A stretch of 64,000 bases of DNA from the human T2T-CHM13v2.0 reference genome, Homo sapiens, in NCBI RefSeq assembly GCF_009914755.1, contig NC_060925.1. One strand, written 5' to 3'. Under the pieces are notes generated by a model that saw only the letters and a program-made list of their open reading frames with translations, was not told where the DNA came from and did no database searches. Below, piece after piece: positions 1 to 13,093 of the stretch; within the stretch, counting starts at the first letter, position 1, and the number at the start of each line of letters is the position of its first letter. Made by a program: the position numbers and the translations under genes.

Positions 1-1140
<1,140 letters not shown>

Positions 1141-1385
1141 TTAATATGTTTGTCTCCTTTTATATGCCTTTATCCACTCGTGCTTTAGGTGAGCAGTTCG
1201 ACCCCACATATCCAGAGACTATGGAAGTAACAAGGCAATCATGCAAAAATGAGTTTATTACGAAAGTCTCAGGGATATGTGGATGGATGGATGGATTGAT
1301 CTATTTATTTCACATAGGCACCCAGTAAGTGTGTCTGCTATCACTAAGGCCAAGGATTGCTATTACTGTCTTATAACCACCTCCC

Positions 1386-1388
<3 letters not shown>

Positions 1389-1436
<48 letters not shown>
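1389..1436. repeat. (AC)~24 microsatellite
   Basis: Perfect AC dinucleotide run. Confidence 0.97.
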
Positions 1437-1439
<3 letters not shown>

Positions 1440-1724
1440 CTGCATTACCACCACCCATCCTCCCACTTTCTTATCTTTTCCTTTTCTTCCCTGCCTTTAC
1501 CTACCCTATTATTGCCGTCCTTGATGCCTTCTGGTGGATTGACCTCTTAACAGAAGATTAACAGGAGGATCAAATACTTTGCATATCCATTAAATTATTA
1601 GTGAATTTTGTAAACATGTGGGAGCTTCAATTGTTATTTTAGGAAAAAAAATCTCCCATATTCAGTTACCTTGATAGTCACCAGAAGATTTTTTAAATTT
1701 CTTAACTTCATATATTGCTATTTA

Positions 1725-2023
1725 TCCTTTTTTTTTTCTTTCCGAGACTTGGTCTCACTCTGTCACCCAGGCTGGAGCTCAGTGGTGTGCAGTCTCGGCT
1801 CACTGCAGCCTCGACCTCCTGAACTCAAGCAGTCCTGTCTCATCCCCCTGAGTAGCTGGGAGTACAGGCAGGCGCCACTATGCCCAGCTAATTTTTAAAT
1901 TTGTTGTAGAGACATGATCTTGCCTTGTTGCCCAAGCTAGTCTCAAACTCCTGGGCTCAAGTATCTTCCCATCTTGAGCTCCTAAAGTGCTGGGATTACA
2001 GGCATGAGCCACCTTGCCTGACC
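1725..2023 (-). mobile_element. Alu (old, AluJ-like)
   Basis: T-tail then antisense Alu body; 13-bp TSD atattgctattta at 1712-1724 and 2024-2036. Confidence 0.92.
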
Positions 2024-2939
2024 ATATTGCTATTTAGTAAAGAAGACCTAAACATTTTCTAGACAAATTTGGGGGATCACATTCTCTCTCCCACCCAAAT
2101 CAGGATGTTTTCCCACCCAGGGAAGGATGTACCCTTCCTCTGGCTATCTAGCATGTCAACCTTAAGTATTTAGCAGGCAGGCAGGATGGAAGAATTCAAA
2201 GTAACAAACAAAATTGATAATTAAATATTTAGTAGTTATTATGGTAACCTATGAATTATGAACAAAGCAAATTCAACACATTAAAATTATATTTTTTGTG
2301 TTGGTATGTTTTCTAGTATATTGAGACCAACAATATATTTAATTTGTGTAACTCATTTATATTCATTTTAAAGCAATAAGAACAGTTTTCCTGTTTTACA
2401 TGAGTATAGATTTTTTGTGGTTTTATATATATATATGTAACAAAATTTACTTTTTAAACTATTTTAAGTAATTTTTCCTTTTTTAAGTATTTTAACTATT
2501 TTTAATTCTGTGGCATTAAGTTCATTTATATTGTTGTACAACCATGATTATAGATTTTAAGTCGTGACCCTCTGCTTGGGTGACAGTCATATCAGACCTG
2601 TCTGCAGCATAAATCTTGACTGGGATTATAGACATTGCATCAAAAAGTAGAGGTTACCGGCACAGGTTAACTTTTTAAAAACATTGCATCAAGGTATATT
2701 AAAGGCTTCACAACACTTTGCCTTCCTTATGGGCCACACAATAAATTATTAAGGAAAGTTACATTTCTTTTCACGACACTTTCTAGTAATGAGTCTTGTG
2801 ATATATGGTGAGAACTGGCATGGAAATCACAACTTAGGTGGAAAACCAAACCTCCTAATATGTAATCTGGTATTTGTTTATAGGATCATACTTTAAAGGC
2901 AACCTTTAAAGGATTAATTTTAGATAAAGTTACTACTAT

Positions 2940-3140
2940 GTTAATAAATAATCATGTTTAGTGCTTACATTGTACCTGCTGCTGTGCTAAGCATTTGAAT
3001 TGTAGTTGTCTCAATTAATTCTTAAAACAACTCCATTAGGTTGAAACCATTATTATGGTTATTATCCCTATTTTACAGATGAGAAAAGGGATACTCAGCT
3101 TATCTAAGATCAAGCAGATGGTAAACAACAAAGTCAAAAC
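2940..3140 (-). mobile_element. MIR fragment
   Basis: MIR core-like ttattatccctattttacagatgag and ctgtgctaagcattt. Confidence 0.6.
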
Positions 3141-6100
3141 TCAATCTTAACTATTCTGCTTCCTTCCCTTCCAAGTCTCTCACATTTTCATCAGTTTTAG
3201 GATAAGAACTAGGCCTAACAAAGTAACACATTGAAAACATGTGATACTCCTTTTTAAAGTCTTTCAAAAAGAAGGTCATATATGGGTAATATGGTTTTGA
3301 TTTATTTTAACCACATTGTAATCGGTATGTCTGGAAGAAAAGCCATGTAAAACACTGTTATTTAACTACAGATTAAACTTGAGTTATTCATCTTGTTATT
3401 AAATTGTTGGTAAATGTTTCTTCATAAGAGGCTGTGCAAGCAGGATGTACCCTTGCTCTGGCTATCTATCATGTCGACTTTAATTATTTAATAGGCAGCC
3501 AGGGTGGAGGAAGCACTTGTTGGTTCTGTTTCACTAGATGGAATACTGAGCAATGAGCTAGGAAAACAAAATAGATCTCATTTTTAAATTGTCTCTTTTA
3601 GTTTTTCTAAAAGATAGATTGTAGCTTTGAAAAAAGGAGAGAGCTGTCACATTCTATATAAAACTCCTTTTTATATAGCTCCTTGGAGAGGCTGTGTAGC
3701 AGATGGCTCTTAGTCAGCTCTGTTGTGAATGCTGGGTCTGCTTATGAACTTGAGCAAGTTTGTTTCTCTGAACCTCAACTTTTTCACGTTTAGAGTTGGC
3801 TAATAATATCTACTTCACCAGGTACACAGTAAGTGTTATCCTTCCCCTAACTCTATCACTCCTTTCCATTCAACAGATAATTATTGAGACTGTTAGTGTC
3901 AGGTTCTTCCTGCACACCCGACTCTTCTGAGAGCTCAAAGGCTGAGGCAGGAAGGCATCAAATCAGATATTGGTGATACAGTTTAATGGAAGCATAATAG
4001 AACTATCAGTATTCCCTAAATGCTAAAGAAGCATGAAGGACTAACTACTTGTTTAGGGGGACAAGTAGGGTAGCAGTGTTTGTTTTAAACATCTTTTGTG
4101 TTTAATAGTCACTTAAATACTGAACATTAAATGTTTGTATTTGGTGGTCAGAAATTAGCTCAAGCACTAGGCTGATTTGCAGTGCATGACAATTTGATTT
4201 TGTCTTTGGGTTAAGAGTGTGTTATAGCAGATGTAGCATTATTTACGGTGATCATTATCAGACGTTATTGGTTTTATGAGACTAAAGCTATCTAAGGACG
4301 TGCAATATTGTCAGCTCAATCATAGCTCACAGCATTGTGGAATTAGAACATTTATGAAGCACCTAATATGTGGTAGGCTCTCAGGAGACTAGAAAGGTCT
4401 TTGCCCTCCAGAGTTCAGGACAAGTGGGCACAGAATGGTTTGATGTGCAGCATGCTTGTTTGGATGATACCTTGATAATCCCATTGGTACCAGTATAGTT
4501 CTTGTTGCATTATACTAAGGTTAACTTGTGGAAAAGGGAATGATTGTGAAATCATAATTTGATAAGATATTAAGGTCATTTTGGAATGCTGTGGCATTTA
4601 TCCAGTGTCCAACACTGATTCAAAATGACTCTCAGTCATTATAATGCAGCCAGTCATGCTGAATTTGACAGCAGTTCCCCATTCAGATTTGTAAAACATC
4701 CCATTTGGTGAGTAAGTTGGCAAATATAAATTTTTCTCCTTTCTCCCTGAAGGATGAAGACTTAGCCTCTGCTTCTGAATTTCTGCCCCTGCCATGGGGT
4801 GATGGAAATGCCTGAGGCTCTGTCGCTGTCATTTGCTTTGCCACCCTTCCATACCCACCATGTGTTTGCACCAGTGGTGTTCACAGATCTTTCTGAAAGC
4901 CAGGCCTTCTCCTCTGTACCCTTGGTTCCTAAATGGGTGGTGAAACCTGATCTGCTGTCCTTCATTTACTCAACAATGATTTACTAAATATTCATGGCAC
5001 AGAGAGGGACAAGACTGACACGGGAGTGGGCTCATCACCGATCACTCTGAGCTCTGGGCAGGCTAAGGATTTGATGCCACTTCACACTGGTATTCACTAA
5101 ATATTTGTTCGCCGTGTTTTTAAGTGGAGTAGTGAAGCACTGTATCGAAAAAGAGTAGCAAAAGAGCCCTCTGGGTCCGCCTTTTGCCAGTTTCTGACCC
5201 GAAGGAAATAGACTCATGATATTTTCTTCCATCCACATTCAATACCATCCTTGAGAAAGGTTCAGTAGGTACTATTTTTGTTTAATCTAGTTAAGTTTCC
5301 AGAGATCTAAATACCCCATTGATGAATCCATACGTAGTAGCTGCTATAATATATAGGACCTTAAGCTAACCCATGAAAGAGACATTGGGATACATCCTGG
5401 GATGCCAATAAATGAGATACTGCCCCAGCCCTCAAAGAATCGCAGGCAATAGCTTCACATATATTAATAAACAATGTAAAAGAAATATTAGTAAATGACT
5501 TCCTGGAACGCAGATGAAGGAGCAACAAATTCAGCCTGTGTTGGTCTGGATGGCTCATAGAGGTGATTCCACTTGATCCAGAATGGGACAGATGATGCAG
5601 TGGGATGTTCTTTTTTTAAATCCATCTGTTATTTATGATTTTGAATTTTTCAAACTGATGAAATGGGAGACTTTAATTTTACGTAGTAAAGCCTTAAACT
5701 TATACAATTGCCCGAGGCAGGGTGAATGAGTATGATATTCCAATGATTCCTGCCATAGCTGTCCTGCCAAACAAGATCCCAGTGACTATGCCTTTAACCC
5801 AGTTCAAGTCCTTTGACCAGAGATTCTTGATATCTTGCTAGATCTTTCCTAAGATTTAACTATCCCTACAAGACAAATATACCCAAATGGAAAACCAGGC
5901 TCAAATTCCAAAATTGTATAATAGTTCTTTGTGCACTACAAAAAAGTTTGTTTTGTCAAATCCACCATCTCTCCTGACAAGAAAGAAACAAGAACATCAA
6001 GAGTAAGATCCTTTGGGGCTTTTTGTTTTTCTATCAGAAAGCTGATTGCTGCTGTGTTGTTCCTTAATCCTCAGTCACTTGGGAGCCGTTCCTTATATGT

Positions 6101-6734
6101 CCTTGGTTGGGAGCCTTCCTTTCAGGAGGAAGCTCTTATTTGAGAAAGAAGAGAATTCTCAGTGTTACACTTATCTCCAAATCTTCCAGAATACCCTTTT
6201 ATTTTTAGGTTATCTTGGAATTGACTTTTTAAGTTAAAATACACCCGTCTTGTGTCCTTCCTCTGGAGAGAGAATGTTTTTGAAGGGGTAGATTAGCTAG
6301 TTGTGTAACACTCATTAGCATAGCAAACTGGTGGACGTGCTGACGCAGGCCGCCTGCCTCAGCAGCTGGGTCGGTCAGAATTGCTTTAACAATCTTTGTC
6401 CTCTTTTTATCCTGCCTAATATGGACTATTTATGCTATTCTAAGAAGCATTGTCATTTAGTATTTCTCATTTCATTCTTCCAACTTGGTACTTTTATGTT
6501 TTGCTAAGGAGGAAGAAAGGTGATAAGTTTAGTTACAGTTTCTAAAATTGGTTTGAATGATTTGGTTTTATCCTGAATAAAGAAACTCAGCTATATTTTG
6601 TTATTTACTTTACTTGACAGCAGTGGCTTCACCCTGAGATGACAAATTGTCATTATGAGAGAGCTGTCATTTATATCTTCTCAGCAAAATACTCCTCTGG
6701 TTTAGGTAAATGTTAAATAGGAGAGAGGAATGAA

Positions 6735-7280
6735 ATGCATTAGTAAATATGCTGAAAAATGTTCAATTCAACTCAAAGAAATGCCAAATAAAGCAACAAT
6801 AAGATCATTTTTCACATATGGATTAGCAATTTTTTTAAATAATGATTTTTAAATCTGGTGAGGTGCTACTCATACATTGTTGACAGGAAAGAAAATTGGT
6901 ATAAACTTTCTGAGAAATAATTTGATGCTGTATATCAGAGGGCTCAAAATGTTTATGCTCTTTTGACCTAATTCCTTCATTTTTGAAGTATATGCAAAAA
7001 AAACATATGAAGAGTACTGAGATGTTTACAACATTATTAGTAATAAAAAAAGGAAAATTGAAAATTTAGTAGGGGAATGACTTCATAAACTAGGACATAT
7101 CCATGTGTGAACTATATGTTTCCATCAAAAATGATGCTTAAAGAAACTTCATAGCAGTATCAAAAAAGCCTGTGATATATAAGTGGCAAAAAAAGGTCTC
7201 AGTATTGTGCCATTGAATTTTACAATGGCATAATTGTATAAAACGAGTAGGTCAGCAAAAATTAAAAACTGGACAAAGAA
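6735..7280 (+). mobile_element. Ancient L1M 3' fragment
   Basis: Degenerate L1 3' motifs (gaaaaatgttcaattc...aaagcaacaataagatcatttttcac; aaattggtataaactttctgaga). Confidence 0.55.
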
Positions 7281-7501
7281 AACTGTCCCAAATGTTAAGT
7301 CTTTCACGTTTCCCCTATTTAAGAAGCATAGATACTTTCAGTTTGTTTTTCCGTCTTACATTTGTAAAATCAGTGGTACTCATATATAATGCTATCTTAT
7401 TCTCCATTAAAAATTCAATGTTTATGTTTTGTGCCTTATAAGCTACTGTTGTGATGAAGTAAAATGTGTAGTTTGTGACAGTGATTTGTTTCTCTCCCTA
7501 G

Positions 7502-7562
7502 GTAATAGTTAACCTCTTCTGTGAGAAGTCAGAAGGTGATCTCTTTAATGCTTTCTTTTTAA
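7502..7562 (+). other. LRRC8B: LRRC8B predicted 5'UTR exon (61 nt)
   Basis: Acceptor tttgtttctctccctag|, donor aa|gtaagt. Confidence 0.75.
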
Positions 7563-7693
7563 GTAAGTTATCTTTTGTATGTTTCATAAAATTATTACAT
7601 ATGTTGGAAATTTTAGAACCATATCAGTGGATAAATTATCTTGCAGTCCTATGATGCGTAAAATATAATAATATGCTTGTGATTTCTCCTTAG

Positions 7694-7748
7694 GAATTTT
7701 TCAAATTGAGACTAATTGCAGAGGTTCCAGTTGACCAGCATTCATAGG
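7694..7748 (+). other. LRRC8B: LRRC8B predicted 5'UTR exon (55 nt)
   Basis: Acceptor atttctccttag|, donor agg|gtaaga; 131-nt intron from the previous exon. Confidence 0.75.
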
Positions 7749-8549
7749 GTAAGATTAACATCCTGAATTGTAAACACATGGTAAAGATAATTACAATTAA
7801 GTTGGTAGCTTGGGGCAAATAAATACTGAATACTTAGTATGTAAAAGAGATTACTGTTCTTACAGATGTTTTGAGTAAAATCTTTCTGAGGTTTTTAAAC
7901 TAGTTAATAAACAGAAAATTACATCTGTATACCTTTTAGTAAAAATGTCATCTTCCTACTTTTTGTGGATTTTGTATGCAGGAAAATATATGTGTATATG
8001 ATATTTGTCATTTTTTAACAGTAAAATCTAAGGAATATAATAAATGGCCATGGCAGACTTGGAGTCCATGTCTGTATTTTTCTGATTTTTGTTTAAGGTA
8101 GGATTTTTAATGCTACCATGGATTTGGTTTTAATGCTACCATAGATTTGGTTTGCATACTTCTATTAAGTAAAAGATGGCCATACTTTCTTTGAGTAGGC
8201 AAGCCAGAAATAAACAAGCCCTATACTCTGTTGCTTTCTGCAAACATCATTCTTCTTTTGTAATTGCAGAAGATTAATTTTAAGTTAGATTGTAGCAGTG
8301 CTTTTAGCTTTGACACAATGAATGAAGAATTTGTACACTGTATTAAATAGCACAACTCTCTGATGTTCTGAATACAGCTTAAAAGTGTCACCCAGCTCTG
8401 AACATATAGTCTAGGTGAATCAGTGGTGAAGACAGGGGGTCTGTCACCTACTACATTCTAAACATCCTTTTTTTACAGATGAAGGTGAAGATCCTTTGAC
8501 TTCTTAGGTATATTCACATTTCCATTCTGACTCTTTGAGTTAACTATAA

Positions 8550-8950
8550 ATTTTTTTTAATTTTATAATTTCAACTTTTATTTTAGATTTGGATATACAT
8601 GATCAGATTTGTTATAAGGGTATATTGCATGACACTGATGTTGGGAGTAAGGATGATCCTGTCACCCAGGTAGTGAGCATAGTGTACAATAGGAAAACTT
8701 TCAGCCCTTGCCTCCCTCCCTTCCTTTCTGCTTTTGGAGTCCCCAGTGTCTGTTGTTCCCATCTTTATATCTATGTGTACCCAATGCTTTGCTCCCACTT
8801 ATAAGTGAAAAAATGTATTTAGTTTTCTGTTTCCGCTTTAGCTCACATAGGCTAAGGGCCTCCAGCTTCATCCATGTTGCTGCAAAGAACATGATTTCAT
8901 TATTTTTTATGGCTATGTAGTATTCCATGGTGTATACGTATCATATTTTC
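8550..8950 (-). mobile_element. LINE-1 3' end (older L1PA15/16- or L1PB-like)
   Basis: T-rich tail, then antisense L1 3'UTR (gatcctgtcacccaggtagtgagcatag); ORF 8701..8928(-) reads as ORF2 C-terminus MEYY..IK.NEIM.FAATWM.LE. Confidence 0.85.
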
Positions 8951-8954
8951 TATG

Positions 8955-11845
8955 TTTTTCTTTATCTTTTTTTTAACTTTTAAGTTCGGAGGTACATGTG
9001 CAAGTTTGCTACATAGGTATATTTGTGTCATGGGGGTTTGTGGTACATATTATTTTATCAACCAGGGATTAAGCTGAGTTCCCATTAGTTATTTTCCCTG
9101 GTCCTCTTTCTTCTCCCACCCTCCACCCTTTGATAGGCCCCAGTATGTGTTGTTACCCTCTATGTGTCCATGTGTTCTCATCATTTAGCCCCTACTTATA
9201 AGTAAGAACATGTGGCTTGCAGAACATTTGGTTTTCTGTTCCTGCATTAGTTTGCTAAGGATAATGGCCTCTAGCTCCATCCATGTCCCTTCAAAGGACA
9301 TGATACCATTCTTTTTTATGGCTGCATGGTATTCCATGGTGTATATGTACCACATTTTCTTTATCCAGTCTATCACTGATGGGCATTTAGGTTGATTCCA
9401 TGTCTTTGCTATTGTGAATAATGCTGCAATGAATATACACATGCATGTGCCTTTATAATAAAATGATTTATATGCCTTTGGATATGTGCCCAGTAATGCG
9501 ATGGCTGGGTTGAATGGCGTTTCTGTCTTTAGGTCTTTGAGGTATTGCCACATTGTCTTCTACAATGGTTGAACTAATTTACACTCTCACCAACAGTGTA
9601 TAAGCATTCCTTTTTCTCCACAACCTCGCCAGCATCTCTTTTTTGACTTTTTAATAGTATCCTTTCTGGCTGGTGTGAGATGGTGTCTCATTGTGGTTTT
9701 GATTTGCATTTCTCTAATGATCAGTGATGCTGATCATTTTTTCATATGCTTCTTGGCCATGTGTATGTCTTCTTTTGAGTAATGTCTGTTCATGTCCTTT
9801 GCCCACTTTTTTATGGGGTTGTTTTTTCTTGTAAATTTGTTTAAGTTCCTTAAGATGCTGGATATTAGACCTTAGTCAGATGCATAGTTTGCAAAATTTT
9901 TTTCGCATTCTGTAGGTTGTCTGTTTACTCTGTTGATAGCTTCTTTTGCTGTGCAGAAGCTCTTTAGTTTAATTAGATCCATTTGTCAATTTTTGCTTTT
10001 GTTCCAATTGCTTTTGGCATCTTCATTATGAAATCTTTGCCCATGCTTATTGTCCTGAATGGTATTGCCTAGGTTGTCTTCCAGGGTTTTTATAATTTGG
10101 GGTTTTTATAATTTGGCCTTTAATCCATTTTGAGTTCGTTTTTGTATATGGTGTGAGGAAGGGGTCCAGTTTTAATCTTCTGTATATGGCTAGCCAGTTA
10201 TCCCAGCACCATTTATCAAATAGGGAATCCTTTTCCCATTGCTTGTTTCTGTGTTGTTGAAGATCAGATAGTTGTAGGTATGCAGTCTTATTTCTGGGTT
10301 CTCTATTCTGTGCCATTGGTCTATGTGTCCGCTTTGTACCAGTACCATGCTATTTTTGGTTATTGTAGCCCTGTAGTATAGTTTGAAGTCTAGCAATCTG
10401 ATGCCTCCAGCTTTGTTCCTTTTGCTTAGCATTGCCTTGGCTATGCAGGTTCTTTTTTTGGTTCCATGTGAGTTTTAAAATAGTTTTTTCTAGTTCTGTG
10501 AAGAATTTCAATGGTAGTTTAATAGGAATAGCATTGAATCTATACATATATTGCTTTGAGCAATATGGACATTTTTAATGATACAGATTCTTCTTATCCA
10601 TGACCATGGAATGTTTTTTCATTTCTTTTGTGTCATCTCCAATTTCTTTGAGCAATGGTTTGTAGTTCTCCCTAGTTATCTGTATTCCTAGGTATTTTAT
10701 TCTTTTTGTGCCAGTTGTAAATGGGAGTTTGTCCCTGATTTGGCTTTCAACGTGACTGTTGTTGGTGTATAGGAATGCTAGTGATTTTCATACATTGATT
10801 TCGTATCTGGAGACTTTGCTGAAGTTACCAGCTTAAGAAGCTTTTGGGCTGAGACTGTGGGGTTTTCTAGATATAAAACCACGACATCACAAACAGGGAT
10901 ACTTTGATTTCCTCTTTTCCTATTTGGGTGCACTTTCTTTCTCTTGCCTGATTGCCCGGCAAAGACTTCAATACTATGTTGAACAGGAGTGGTGAGAGAG
11001 GGGATTATTGTTGTGTGCTGGTTTTCTTTCTTTCTTTTTTTTTTCTTTTTTGCTAAGGAATGTTTTACTTCCAATTATGTGATCAATTTTAGAGTTTGTA
11101 CCATGTGGCAATGGCATTGAGAAGAATGTATATTCTGTTGTTTTGGTTGGATAGTTCTGTAGATATCTATCAGGTCCATTTGATTCAGTGCTGAGTTTAG
11201 GTCCTGAATATCTTTGTCAATTTTCTGTCTCAATGATCTGTCTAATATTGTCAGTGGGGTGTTAAAGTCTCCTACTATTTTTGATTGGGAGTCTAAGTCT
11301 CTTTAAGGTCTCTAAGAACTTGCTTTATGAATCTGGGTGTTCCTATGCTTATGAAGCTTCATTTGGCCAGATATGAAATTCTGGGTTAAAATTTCTTTTC
11401 TTTAAGAATGTTGAATATTGACCCCTAATGTCTTCTGGCTGGTAGGGTTTCAGCTGAGAGGTTCGCTATTAGTCTGAAGGGCTTTTCATTGTAGGCGACC
11501 TGACCTTTCTGTCTAGCTGCCTATTTAACATTTTGTCTTTCATTTCAACCTTAGATAATCTGTTGATTATGTGTCTTGGGGATGATCTCCTTGTGAAGTA
11601 TCTTACTGAGGTTCTCTGCACTTCCTGAATTTGAATGTTGGCCTCTCTAGCTAGATTGGGGAAGTTTTCATGGATGATACCCTGAAATATGTTTTCCAGG
11701 TTGGTTCCATTCTCCCCATCTCTTTCAGGTAAACCAATCAGCTATAGATTCAGTCTTTTTATATAATCCCATATTTCTTGGAGGCTTTGTTCATTCAGAA
11801 AGGCCATCTTCCAACTTTGAGATTCTTTCGTCCACTTGGTCTCTG
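8955..11845 (-). mobile_element. LINE-1 (mid-age L1PA) with internal deletions, covering 3'UTR, ORF2 parts and part of ORF1
   Basis: Second T-tail at ~8955; ORF-track remnants such as [40 protein letters not shown] are L1 ORF2 peptides. Confidence 0.88.
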
Positions 11846-12273
11846 CTGTCTGCCTGTCATTTGAAAGGTGAGAGTGTGATTCAGAAGGGACTACATAGGG
11901 AGTGGGTTTTGTTCTACGTATTATGGCTTGCTTACTGTGGTGTTGGGGGGTGGTCAGGAAAATAGTCTTATAAACAGCAAAAGGTGATGGAGAAGGATTT
12001 GAGGTTGCCTTCTATTTACACCTTCTCTGTAAGAATTATCCAGCAACTAGTGGCTTATGCTTGTGTTAATATTACAAGAATATGGCTGCAACTTCTTTTA
12101 TTTTAAATAGATTTTAGAAAATATGGTAGCTTACTAAAAACTTCAAAGAATTGAGAGATCTTTTCCTAAAGAGAAAAATATTATCTACATTAAATATATG
12201 ATGTATTCTATAACTGCCAGAAATAAGTAAAAATGAAGCAATATTCCTTAAAGTTTAGGATAACTCAAATGTC

Positions 12274-12619
<346 letters not shown>

Positions 12620-13093
12620 TTAATTCACTCAGTAACTTTTTTATTTAATTTATTACTTACTATTTATAATTATTTATTTTATTTCATTTATTCAATAACT
12701 TTCTCCAAGGGCTTCTGATGACTAGGGTAATTTTCCTAATGTTTAGAGTATTCATCAAATTGTTTCCCAGACCCATTATCTTACTACAGTTTTGGGTCAG
12801 AAGCTCTGGAATGGCAGTTGTATGTCTCTCTTCTCCTTTGGTTTCTGTGTATTATTTTATGATGATGTCAGCTTCTTTCCTTGAATTCTGATTTTTGTGT
12901 TCCAGAAATACTGTGCTTCTCCTTTACCTCACTGATCCTGCTTCTCTATCCTTTTTCAATCTTCCTTATCTAATAAACCTTCCTTATCTATTTTATAGAG
13001 GGGACAGCAATTCTGTCCTTCACTCACTAAATTCTTTCTCTCAGATAATTCATTTCTGTGGCACTGACCACCACTTAAGTGTTCATGACTTCC

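Noticed and set aside
2891-3677. 9-10 bp hairpins at 2891-2911 and ~3654-3678
   Set aside because: AT-rich stems of a length expected by chance in 64 kb.
8583-11074. ORFs resembling a reverse-transcriptase protein
   Set aside because: Frameshifted L1 ORF2 remnants, not a functional gene.
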